From contig JAUGWO010000069.1 of the NCBI GenBank assembly GCA_049724395.1, positions 248,001 to 312,000 of the forward strand: a stretch of 64,000 nt of DNA. Reading direction: 5' to 3'. This document shows, piece after piece, positions 38,586 to 50,600 of the stretch. A program made the translations under genes and the position numbers. Numbering within the stretch: the first letter of the stretch is position 1; the number at the start of each line of letters is the position of its first letter. The DNA is from Spongospora subterranea f. sp. subterranea (Eukaryota). The notes beneath the pieces were generated by a model. It made no database searches and had not been told where the DNA came from. It was given only the letters and a program-made list of their open reading frames with translations.

Positions 38586-40054
38586 ATGATAATAGCCTTG
38601 AGCAGATGTGGATGGCGGACCAAAATACTGGGACGTCATCGCCCTTTCGCTGACCTTGCGACGCCAGGCCGCATTGTCAGGGCTGGCTATGTGACAGAAT
38701 ATGGGCCAGCTTCTATCCAGGTTCATGAACAGTCTGTAAGCCTCCCCAATCATCCACCTTCTGACTGTATTCGGGTGCGGGTGGCAGCCGCTTCGGTTAA
38801 TCAGCTGGATGTTATGATGAGCCAGGTTCACATGCAATCACGTTCTCTATAGGCATCATTTACTGATCAATAGGGATACGGGCGGTCCTTGTTTGAAGCA
38901 CTTCGTCCCCAACAATTTCCTTTTATACCAGGCTTGGATTGTGCCGGAACAGTGAAAGAAATTGGAAAGTCAGTATATCAATTCAAGCCTGGCGATCGCG
39001 TTATGGGAATTTACTCCCCTGTACATCATGGCGGGCATGGGGTTGGATACATTCATCAAAGTCCCATATCTTGAAGTTGCCTTCAACAACGACTGTTTTG
39101 TATACAGACGTTTGCGGATTTGGTTGATATTCCTGTCGCCATGGCGGCTCATATTCCGGATCATCTTTCCAATTTCCGTGCTTCTGCCATTCCATTTGCA
39201 GCCATGACAGCTGCGTCTGCGATTCCGTCTGCTCATATTCCGTACGAGTTTTTCTATCATTTATCTCGCATCCCTGAATGGTCGTAATCCATACCTATTG
39301 TAGTCGTGCCGTTGTTCTGGGAGGTTCTGGTGGAGTCGGATTATTCGCTCTTCAGATATTAAAGAGCAGAGGGGCCTATGTGGCCGTTACTTGCTCATCC
39401 AATAATCGACATATATGCTTGAATAGTGGAGCGGATCTTGCTCTCGATTATGAAAAAGGTTTTTCTTCTTTTGGAATCAATGCGACCGCATTCAGTTATG
39501 TTGACAGATGATATTGAGGCTCAGATTGAATCTGAGTCGATTGACTTGGTTATTGATTGCAGTGGCCAAGCTCGAGATCTTACGTCCTCTAGGCAACCCC
39601 TTAAGTATATGCGACCTGGCTCAGCATATCATACGCTGTCATCACCGTTCATAAAGATATGTGATCAGACGGGTAATCCTTTGATAGGTATGGCAAAGGC
39701 ATATTCCGAGCTATCGCAGACCAAAATACGGGTCTGTTTATTCTTGTTTTAACGTTATACATTTGCATTATGATGGGTTTGATTGTTCAGACATGGGCCG
39801 CGAGAAGAATCCACTACAATTGGAGCTTTTTCAGGCCAAATCCCTGTGTTTGGCAGCAAGTTATAACATGGAGTCCGTCAAATCCCGCTGCTTCCTGTTG
39901 TAAGGAAATAATGGTTATGATGTTTGTAGGTCAAGATAAAGTATTGCGGCCTGTTGTATCTCGAGTTCTTCCTCTAGAAAAATTATCAGATGCATTTATA
40001 ATGATGGAAACCGCTCATCTTCCTGGCAAGATAGTGATTGACATGATGTCATAA
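38586..40054 (+). CDS. MDR-family NAD(P)H:quinone oxidoreductase (RTN4IP1-like)
   Basis: VRVAAASVNQLDVMMSQGYG, FPFIPGLDCAGTV, VVLGGSGGVGLFALQILK and HLPGKIVI; multi-exon. Confidence 0.88.
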
Positions 40055-40328
40055 ACCCTGCCCGTTTCAAGGGCGTTATCTACAAATAATAAACAACCTG
40101 TAAATACATCTACACTAGGAACACTTCCAAACCGACACCCATATGAGATCGAATTGTCCCAAGCATTCGCGAGGAATGGGGCCCAGTTGTCCTAACTGGT
40201 TGTTGTTCAAATCCCTTTATATATTGTGCGTCCGAGTTCAATTCGTGTTCATACGCATTAATAACGGAAGCACTAGAAGTTCCAATGCGAAAAGCCATCG
40301 CTATCGGAATGATACAATCTTCCAACAT

Positions 40329-41240
40329 TTATTCTGACGTTTTTATTGTGGATTGATTCTCTGCTGGGATTTGACCAGCATTCATTTCAGCTAAATTCGA
40401 TCTGAGCGTCTGTAGTTTGCTATCAAGAACTACCTGGTGCCGAGAAACTGTACTCTCTATTTCGCCTTCCGCTTTGGCCACGTCAATCTCCTGTCCAAAA
40501 GATGCTGTTAATTGCTAGACATGTGAGGAAGATCTGTATGAATCTCTTACAATCATCCGAGCTATGATAGCAGCTTTCTTGTCTGCTAATGGATCTGGCG
40601 CCGCTTTCTCAGGCGACATCGGCCGATACGTTGCTGACGATAACGGTGCCTGCTTCGACATTGGAGACCGCATGTGCTTCCGTTCGTTGACGATATCGGA
40701 ATCCATAGGATATCCGAACACGGCGGCGAAAAGATCGAATTCGGAGAATATGCTGTTTTAGTGTAAAAGCAACATTTATGACAGTTGTCTGCAGTTCTAA
40801 CCTGGTTGTTGCATAATCTATCAACACGTGTGCGTCATCGATTGTCAATTTTTCATTAGTATTTGCACTGGCTCCATTGGCATGTACGCTGGATGTCAAA
40901 ACCTCTCGAAACCTGTCGAATGCTTCCTTCTGTGTCAGGAACAATTTCTTCTCCATTCCTTCGAACAATGTTTTATAGCAGTTTATCGCTGTCGAGAGGC
41001 GTTCTCCTGTGATATTATGCTCGCGACAGCAGACACACATCAGAAACAGTTCTTCAGCGAGGATGGTTTCTCTGCATATCCCACCCACATGGTAATCCAG
41101 CAATTCAGTAAACACCCTGAGTGGATTTAGCAATACCAGGATCACTGCAGTTCTCGTCGATATACCTGTACTGCTCTGGCCGAGATGATTTAGTCCAAAC
41201 CTGCTGTTCCATTTGGTCCTAGACCATACTTAGAACCGGC
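40329..41240 (-). CDS. CFAP119/C1a-32-like flagellar central-pair protein (5' end approximate)
   Basis: AFDRFREVL...LTIDDAHVLIDYATT|SIFSEFDLFAAVF resembles the C1a-32 domain; the coiled-coil last exon ends at TAA 40329. Confidence 0.55.
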
Positions 41241-41793
41241 ATTACCATATACTGCACAAAATATGTACCGAAAACGTCGTTTTACGAACCGGCTCAATAA
41301 CAGCTTCAGCAGCGGTCTGTTCCTCGCCTGGCCTACCAGGTGAAACTGTCTTCTTTGACATCCAATTTCTGGTCCGTTTCTGACAGAGACTACTCTGATG
41401 TTTTTCAACGAGTAAAAATGTGTCAGTAGCGGTAGTTGAAGATAATCTGCGAGTTCACTGGATTGAGTTGGAGAATTGGTCGGCACAAACCAGTGTATAG
41501 CACGTCACACAACAATTTGTAAACCAATGTTAATGCCGACCAGGCAATGATATACTTTAATTAGAGAGAAGGCCTCTGAGATAGCGCAGCATCATCGGTG
41601 GAAAGGAACTTGTCAGAACGCACGTATCGATGAGCGGCAGAACCTCTGGGTGGTTAAATTAACCGCATCGATCTCAAGTCTTGTTGTAATTATGTGATGA
41701 GATGATCGGGGAGGGGATGAATAATCTTCCTGAGGCTGGCGATGATGAGATTGGTTGATGAGGCAAGAAAACCCAGAAACGCGATGGTTGTTT

Positions 41794-42571
41794 CTAGAGA
41801 TGTTGGGCCGTTTTCCTGCGAATGGATGATAGTGCCCTTAATCGGAGATCAGCTGGACGAATAAAGTCGGGTGTAATCGCGGTCGTCATGAATTCCGACA
41901 GCACTTCTGACGCCGCTTCATCAACAGACTGATTGTCATCGCATTTCGCTGTGAACCTTTGACTGGACATCAGGGGCCAACAACAAAAAAGCACAGCATT
42001 TCATATTATTGGAAACTGACCTTGATTCCAAAATGCGACTTGGAGACTTTGTTGAAGTTTGACGGACGGCGAACCCTTTACGAAGGTCATTTTGATCGTC
42101 GATGAGGGAGTAAATCGGTGCTGATCTATAAGGGTTATGTTATAAGGATATATCGTCATCTGATGTATTCGCTTGTCGTCGAAGCCGATCGATCGCTTCA
42201 GCGTGTTTACGGATGGAAAGTGTGGTGGTGGTGTTGTAAGCCCGAAGAGCGGTGGTGTTGGATCGGATATGGCACTCGATTTCAAGAATTCGAGATGATA
42301 ATTTCGTAATCTCAGTCGATAATAGATCAATGGAATTGAGCATCGAATTGATATTCTGAACAATATCGAGATGATCTGATTTTAGATTGACCGAATTTTT
42401 GAGGAAAATGCAATCACAACTGACCGACTCAATATCGGAAGACAACTCGATAATCCGGTTCAATCGATGACGATCGTGAATCGTGATACGAATCGCTAAA
42501 GCTAATAAACCCGCTAATGATCCAGCGGCGATCATGATCAGAGTATTATACGGTATTGAAGCCATCATCAA
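41794..42571 (-). CDS. Hypothetical protein with N-terminal TM anchor and coiled coil
   Basis: ORF 42140-42571 (TM segment LIMIAAGSLAGLLALAI followed by heptads) plus downstream minus-strand ORFs. Structure uncertain. Confidence 0.45.
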
Positions 42572-43085
42572 TATCAGGGATAGGTTAATAACGAGAGTCC
42601 ATTTGATTGGTGTCGAATAAAGTGTGACGACACCGCCCCTGTACTGGGATTATCGTATGAATTATCGACACCCCCTGTGCTGGGTTGGCACTACAGTTCC
42701 ATGGTGTATTTTGTACTATTGGATGGATTGATTCCAATCGGTTCACCATTTGAATTATACCTGACGACACCGATAAGACGACCCAATCGATGACATATAG
42801 TCGTCAGAGAAAATCGAGGGGATCTGGATAATCCACCAGCGCGGTAGAGTATTGGTAGTGATGATAATCACTCATACAAGGTTTGGTAGAGTTATGGTTT
42901 ATTCGAGTTGGAGGCTCCGGTCGTGTACGGGGTGCAGTTGTTGACTGTGGCGTGTGGTGGTGGCCTCTGTAGAAGGCCCCGCTCCCTCTCCCCCCCAGTG
43001 GTCATTCTCTCCCCGAGATCATCTCATCTCATTTCGATCATTACAGGATTAGGGAGGGGGTCAACCCCTTCTTATTCCATAATTA

Positions 43086-44925
43086 ATGTTCGGGGGAGCA
43101 CAGGCACAACCATCGCCCTTCGGCCAACAGGCACCAGGCATGTTCGGGCAAACGCCACAAACCACCCAGCAGCCGTTATTCTCCACCCAAGCGCCACAGC
43201 AGCAGAGCCTGTTCTCCGGTCAGAATACAAGTTCTGCTGAGGAGGAGTGCTGGGGCAACAGCAAACTCAACAGTCTATTTTTGGGCAACAACAGCAACAG
43301 CCATTATTTGGTGGTCAGACTCCTAGTGGAGGTGGGTTTGGACGAAAACCGCTACAAGGGCCATTATCGTCCTTTACTGGCGCCCAACCGGCACAGCAGT
43401 CATCTTCGCTCTTTGGGGGACAACTGCAACAACAACCATCATCAACTGGCGCCCAACCGCTACAACAACCTCAACAATCATCGTCTCTTTTTGGAGCACA
43501 ACCCTCACAACACACAGGAGCATCATTGTTTGGTGCACAACAACCGCAATCCTCTATCTTTTCAGGTACTCAACAGCCGCAATCATCTTCGATATTCGGA
43601 GCACCACAACAGACATCTTCGCTTTTTGGAGGGCAGCAACCCCAACAGACCAGTTCATTATTTGGTGCTCAAAAACCACAGCAAACACCATCGCTGTTTG
43701 GTTCTCAGCAACAACAACAAACTCCTTCTCTTTTTGGAGCCCAGCCTGCACAACCATCATCGCTTTTCGGAGGATCGACCTTTGGCGCTTCTGCTACAGC
43801 TCCGTCATTGTTCGGTGGGCAACAACAGCCTGCTCAGAGCTCATTATTCGGAACAGCACCTTCAACCGTTGGGGGTGGGCAACTACTTCCCACTTCGCAG
43901 GCAATGCCGCCATCGGCTCCAGGTAATGCCAATCTAACATTGTCGATATAAGTATGCTTGCCATTGTCTAAACCATTTATCCAGCATGGGAACTGGAAAT
44001 CCAGTCAATCCTTGATGCATATGACATCAACAATCCAAGCTGTCGATTCCAGTTTGTTTTATACAACAAAGTCGAGGATGCGTCAGTTTTGGAACCGTCG
44101 TCTGCATTCAGGATACATACTGGCCTATATCAGCAAGCCGTCAGGGAGAATCCAGATCCCAAACATTTGGTTCCTGTGCCAGCCCTAGGTTTAAATCTGT
44201 AGCTTCGTCCTATGATACTCGTCGTCTGAAAGCATCGACAGGATTTGATGCGTTGAAGCAGCGGATTGCTCAACAAGCAAAAGCGCGATCCCATCACGCC
44301 ACTGAAATCGATATTTGCAAAGAACGAATATACCGCTTGGAGCATGATCATGATTGTATCAAAAAACTCAACATTCCCGAATATCGTCAAAGGCATTTAG
44401 ACTTATCTAGAAGGCTTTTACGTATTGCTAAGACCCTTGATATTCACCAGGTATGTTGATAAATTGCCGTTTGCTGTTTTCGGTAACACTTTGTTCAGGG
44501 GCGAGGCTTTCCCCGAAGTGATGCAGAGCTTAAGTTCTCGAAAGATTTAGAAATGTTGGAACGAGACGCAGAGAAGGTGGCAGTTCATCTCTCGTAATGT
44601 CGCCACACCTTACATCATATAGGTTCGCGTCAACGTTGAAGGGGTTGCATCAGCAGTTCCCATGCAAGACGCCCAGGACGCTCAGTTGGACATGTTTCGT
44701 CTAGATTCTTCCGATCCAAATTTCAAAAGGATATACGAGGTTGGGTGATGTCAAATCACTTTATCATCGCATGTTTGCTGACTTGGTTACCGTTTGTCGT
44801 AGTTTCTTGATCAGCAACGCCAATCCCTTAAAGGCTTAATATCTCTGCTAAATAACGATCTTCGCGATGTAAATATTATGGCCAAGAGTTATAATGCCAA
44901 ATTAAACCCTGACAGAATTGAGTAA
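43086..44925 (+). CDS. NUP54: FG nucleoporin Nup54/Nup57
   Basis: SLFG/Q-rich repeats followed by AYDINNPSCRFQFVLYNKV, AVRENPDPKHLVPVPALG|FDALKQRIAQQ and FLDQQRQSLKGLISLLNNDLRDV. Apparent frameshift near 43240. Confidence 0.9.
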
Positions 44926-45000
44926 AAAGAAATTTTAACAATATTATACATGTTTTAGTCGGTTTCTGCAATAGACCTGTTTTATATTCAGATCGTTTGC

Positions 45001-45943
45001 AATGGACCACTCCTGTATCGACTAGAATCACACTCCTGATAGCTTTTTTAGTATTTTGCCTCCTGGCGAGTCTGATAGGCTTTTGCTATCATCCAGCTTG
45101 GCAATTTGGCCAATCTATGGTATGGAATAGATGGCAAGATCTTCATTTATATGTCCCTGAATACAGGGCCATATCAGATCGAAGACGGATTCAATGACCA
45201 TTGGTCGATTGTGGATTGATGTTATGAAATTGCTCATGAGATCGTATCTGATTTGGTTTTCATCCCTGTTTGTTTTAGTGATCGGTCACCGTTTACCTCC
45301 TCCCATCCACGAATTCGTCCGGAGGCCTTTCGGAAACAATCTAAATTCAAAGCAGTGGGACAAAGAAGAAATAACGCCCTTGTTATCCGGATCGAAAAGG
45401 ATAATTATATTGATCGATCAATCATTGCGTTCTTGGAGTGCCATTAATCGTACCACATTCGCGACTTAGTTTCCCCCAAGCCAAGATCAGGGATGGGATG
45501 GACCGCCTGACGTATTCTTGGAAGCGTTTTTTATGATGATGGGCGTTCGATCGGAATCAGAACTGGCAAGGCTCCACCTGTCAATGCCCCTTGATAATCC
45601 CAACAGGTTTCCAATTGCCAATCATTACCCTGAAATTGTCCAGTCCACCTCTCTTATTCTCATTCCCCACCTTATCTTCGATTTACCATCTGGAATGCCC
45701 ATACAACAATACTCGTTGATCCCATATAAGTCTATCGGGCAATTGATGATGTCATTCGAATTCGACATCGTTTGTTGGTCAAACCGTGAACAGGCCAATA
45801 TTATCGGAGTGTCAGATAAACCGCAATTGCAAATTGCAAAGAACCGCACATCAATTGTTTTTCAGCCCTCGAACTGGCTCGAACCGTATGATGAATTTGG
45901 GTTCTGTCGGTGTCGTGTCGGATTACGGCCCCACAATCGATGA
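45001..45943 (+). CDS. Possible type II membrane hypothetical protein (fragmented)
   Basis: Consecutive plus-strand ORFs beginning with a TM segment ITLLIAFLVFCLLASLIGF. No family recognised. Confidence 0.35.
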
Positions 45944-45986
45944 ACCGGACTGATCGTGCGATGGCATTTATTCAACGTTGTGGTTG

Positions 45987-48558
45987 TTATGGCTTGGGTT
46001 TGGCACCTGGATCTGCGCCATTACCCGTCGTACCCAGTTCCTTCTTCTTCTGGTACCGGTTCACGATATCGATCAGACCTTTACTAGCCAGCATGACCCC
46101 GTTCCTGTTCTGTTCCTCGTCGAGCAGAAAGCACAGAAATATGGTGTCGACGGCGGTCTCGTACACGACCTGTTGCCATCCCCTCAATCGATTTGTCATA
46201 TTGGCGGGCGAAAATATCCCCAGAATTGTGTGTGTGTTGTGTGTGTTGTTCTAACCATGAATATCGCTGCGATCATATACGACAATAGCAGTATTATCAC
46301 AGCTGGCAATATTGGCGAATTCAGATTGCTTTTCCATCTATCGGACAGGTTCAGGATCTGTATTGTCCCGAGTCAGTTGTCGATCGTGTCCCCAGGGGAT
46401 ACGTGTTTTGAGGACCTGAATACAGAGACCGGTCGTGCCAAACGCCACCAATAGCTTTCCCAATACCGATATATAACTGCCAACCATGTTGATGGCCATA
46501 ACCCGAGCCAGGTTCCGCCAGAGGATGGCGAAACTGGTCCAGGCCGATGGGCAGAACGCGTCACCGTAGATGGCCGAATAGACGAACGCGTTCTTCGAGA
46601 GCTTATCCAGACAGCATTGGACACACTGAACAAATGATAATCGATCAGAGGGGGGAACGATTAAGTCGATGGGGTTCGCGGGAGGGCGGAAACCTTTAAA
46701 ACGCATTGAATCGCACAGAATATCGCTCGACGAATCCGATTGTCTTTCCCTTTCGACGTCTTTTCGATGTATTTGACAACAGCGCGGATGAACTGAACGA
46801 TGGCGATGATCAACGATCCGAAAGCGATCGTGCCCAGATGATATCGAACGGCGCGATAGACAGATCGGCGAACGGCAGATCTAAACCGTCATTTCCCAAC
46901 CGACAACACACAGGAACGACGTCAGCGACTGTGTGATCGATATCGCGATCGACGAGATCTGACCTGGGCAATTGCCCATCGCCTGTTCCACGAGCTTTCT
47001 TCCCATTATCCTGATAGGGAACGAAGTACCAGTTGGCGACGGCGCCGGCGATCACTGATTGGGAGGGAATTGTGAAAATGAGAGCAGGAGATCGGGAGAA
47101 CGATCTCACCCATATAGGAGAAATACACCAGGAACTGGATATTCCAAAGAAGGTGAAAGAAGTGAACGGCGAAGAAGTTCTGCATCGCCGGATCCCATGA
47201 TTTCGATCGGAAATTCACCGGGTGATTCGGAATCGATTTCACATCGTCGCCCATCGTGTCCATTCTGCGAGATCGGATCAGCGGGGGCGATGTGTGGTTG
47301 GTGGAACCGACGGGATCGAGGTGAAGTTCACGACCGAGAATATCTCCAACGCCCCGTAGATCCAGAACCCGAAATACAGCAGGGTGAGGGCGAACGGGAT
47401 GATCGGGAAGAATATCATCGATGGCATATCGCCAACGGATTTCGACGCTTCTTTCACCACCTCCACCGCGATCTTGATCCGTTTCCGCAGAGCGATGATG
47501 ATCTGAGAGCGGTTTCAGTAAAATGTGTCGTTGGACGATGGCGGGGGGACGAGCGAGACCAGAAGGAATATCGCTGTGAACCCGAACACGATATAGGCGA
47601 TGATCATGAACGTGGAGGCGCGTTCAGGATTGGGGGAGTCGGTGGCCAAGGTCGATTGCTGGAAGAGGTGTTGAGTCGATTAGGGGATTTTCGGACGAAC
47701 CTGGAACACAATGGGATTTACCTGAAGAAAGGCGAACCCTAGTAGTAATCCACCCAATAACACCACCACGATCGTCGACCAGACAAGAACTCCCGCCATT
47801 CGTTTACAGAACCAAAGATAGAAGAACGCCAACACGATCGCGATCAAAGTCGATAACCTGACGATTGGGGATTTCAAAAAACAGGGTCGAAGCGATCGAA
47901 CATCGAAAGTGATTTGTTGTGTTCTGACCCGATTAGATCATATGTCACGAATAGATCACCGATGGATCGCGTCGCCGTCTCCGACGCTGTGTCAAACCCC
48001 GATATCCCCGAGATATTCCCGGTCACTTTGGGAAGACAGTAATACAGAACTGATTTGAAACAAGGGGTCAATGACCAACGAATCACGGCGATATTTCATC
48101 GATGATCCTCCTCACATTTGCTGGATTTATAGCCCAACGATTGCAAAGCCGGTCCTCTAAACACTGGACTGGTTTCGGTTGTGGCGCTAATCCGCTACAC
48201 AAACCTTGATCTTGTACAGTTCTTGTGTTGTTGGAATAACGGGCCAGGCGGCCTGTACATCATGATCACATTAGGGACCGGGATCGCCAACGACGAACAT
48301 TGACAATCCACTGACGAATGGGGAGTCCTTGACCGGACCATCCACACCACAGATATTGCCATTCCAATCGACCCCTCGTATGAGCCGATTGGGATCGGCG
48401 CCCTTATCGGCGGCCATCCCCAGCATGATGATGACGACCGCCCATAGCCCAATAAACCCCAATAGGAACAGGATATCGGTACAGCCCCGTTTCTGTTTGA
48501 TCTCGAACAGCGGGGTGTCGCCTTTCTCTTCGCACGAACACCCTAACAGATTCCCCAT
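45987..48558 (-). CDS. Choline transporter-like (CTL/SLC44) protein
   Basis: RGCTDILFLLGF, RLIRGVDWNGNICG, VIAGAVANWYF, HLGTIAFGSLII, IYGDAFCPSA and VYETAVDTIFLCFLLDEE. Confidence 0.93.
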
Positions 48559-48896
48559 CGCCTTCAGCCACGCCAACCCCTGTGGCTCTGGAAACCGCTT
48601 TCTGACCGGAGATGATGGTCCAGTACGGTTGGGCGATCGTGATGTGTGTGCTGGGTGTCGTGTGTGTTGGTCATGATCCCATACTGTGTGGGAACTGGGA
48701 TCGGGTCGATCGATCAGATCAGGACACGGAAATGGCGATCAGTACACAGGGAGGAGAGTGACGATCGCCATCGTCGTGTCTCAAATCCGGTGAATTGACC
48801 CAGATTAGTCATTATCGGTGATCGCTGTGAACACCGCCCACAGAATAAACCAACATTGAACGACCGACCCCGAACGAGTCTCAATCAGATCAGACT

Positions 48897-48921
48897 GCTC
48901 TCCCTCTCTCTCTCTCTCTCT
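48897..48921. repeat. (CT)n microsatellite
   Basis: ctctccctctctctctctctctct in the divergent CTL/DRC intergenic region. Confidence 0.9.
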
Positions 48922-49276
48922 GTCGTTCTGTTTTTGATCTGATTGATGATTTTCATCACAGTATCGCCCGAATGCTGTTCAGCGTGGAGTTTGGGGATTC
49001 AGTCGAAAATTGTCGATCAGGGGAATAATAGTCGACCTTGATCGAGATGACGACGACCTTGATCATCCGAATGGCGTCGGCAATCATTGACCCTCTTGTT
49101 CCAATTTGATCTTTCCATCGATGATCAGGTCATCTCTTATTTGAATACCGATCGGGGGGAACCCCCAGATAGATATTGTCAGATGATACGAACAGTACCG
49201 AACAGGTCGTTGAACAATTGAGAACGAGATCGATCGTGAGTGATTTTTTGGGATATGATGATGATGAAGTCAATGG

Positions 49277-50459
49277 TTGAGGTTGATGGGGCGAATATGG
49301 CTATCTGATGATCCTCAACTGATATTGGTTCATATGGTCCTGGAGAACGTTATTGACAAACTCGACATCACGACACATATCAATGGGGAATCAGATCAGG
49401 GACTGGGGAAATCGCACGATGAGTCGATCAGCGACGTACTGGAGAAGAGGAAGAAGGTCGAGGAGGAGTATCGGGAACAGATGAAGACGAGGAGCGATGG
49501 AGGAGGGGATTGGAATAAGAGGAAGGCGATTGAGGATGGGGAAACGGTGAAAGAGATGTGTAGGAGATTGAGGGAGTTAGATCAGGAGATGATGAAGAGG
49601 GTGAATAATGATATGGGAGGGAATAGCGGGGTGATCGGGAAGGTGAAGAAGGAGAAGGGGAAGGCGATAACGGTATTACAGAGGGCGGTGAAGGAGCTGG
49701 AGATGGAGGGGCGATGTGAGTCACTGAGGAAGGTGGTCGAGGAGGAGAAGGAGAGTGAGAGGCGGTTGGAGGAGATGGTGGCGATAGGGAGGGCGGTGGT
49801 GGAGGAGAATGAGAGGGTGGAGATGGCGATGGAGGAGGACAGAAGGCGGGAGGAGATGAAGGTGAAGGAGATCGAGGAGGAGGCGGAGAGGGTGAGGAAG
49901 GAGGTGGAGGCGGCGAGAAGGAGGGCGGAGAGGGAGATGGGGATGGAGGAGAGGGGGTGTATTGGGGGGATTGAGGCCAGGAAGAGGATGATGGGTGAGA
50001 AGGTGGCGAGGGCCAAGGAGAATAGGGCCAGGGCGGAGAGGGATTGGGAGATTATGGTGAAGGCGGGGAAGGCCAATGATGTGTATCTGGCGAGGAAGGC
50101 GGCCAATGGGGAGAGGACCGTTGGGGAATGGAACAGGAAGAGGGCGGCGGATGAGGGAGCGGCGGTGAAGGCGTTGGAGGCGGCGAGGGCGGCGAGGGCG
50201 GGGCAGGAGGAGGAGATGGGCAGGGTGGAGAAGGTGTTGGAGAGGGAGAGGCGGTGGCGGAGGGAGAAGGAGGTCAGGGAGAGGAAGGAGGAGGAGGAGA
50301 AGGCCAGGGAGGCCAGGGCGGCGATAGCAATACAGGCCAGGGTGAGGGGGTTCCTGGCCAGGAAGGCGCAGGCGGTGCAGAAGGAGGGCGGGGAAGGCGG
50401 GGAAGGGCAAGAAGGGAAAGAAGGGGAAAGGGAAAGGGACCAAGACAAAAGGGAAATAG
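49277..50459 (+). CDS. Coiled-coil IQ-motif protein, DRC9/IQCG- or DRC10/IQCD-like (5' end uncertain)
   Basis: Long coiled coil and IQ motif AAIAIQARVRGFLARK. A shifted frame near 50384 gives a KAGKGKKGKKGKGKG...K* tail with TAG at 50457-50459. Confidence 0.7.
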
Positions 50460-50600
50460 GATCACTGATCAGCCCCCACCCTCAACTATCAACCCAATCC
50501 TATTACAGGACTATCAACTCAATTGTCAACAACACATATCGGGAATACCGTCTCATTGAGCGTTTATTTTTAGTGAGAAACAGATCAGTGATCAAATATA

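Noticed and set aside
43240..43937. His/Asn-rich continuation of the 283-aa ORF
   Set aside because: Off-frame reading of the Nup54 FG-repeat region.
49428..50448. Long minus-strand ORFs (288, 240 and 98 aa)
   Set aside because: Shadow ORFs caused by the purine-rich sense strand; low-complexity S/L/P/F content.
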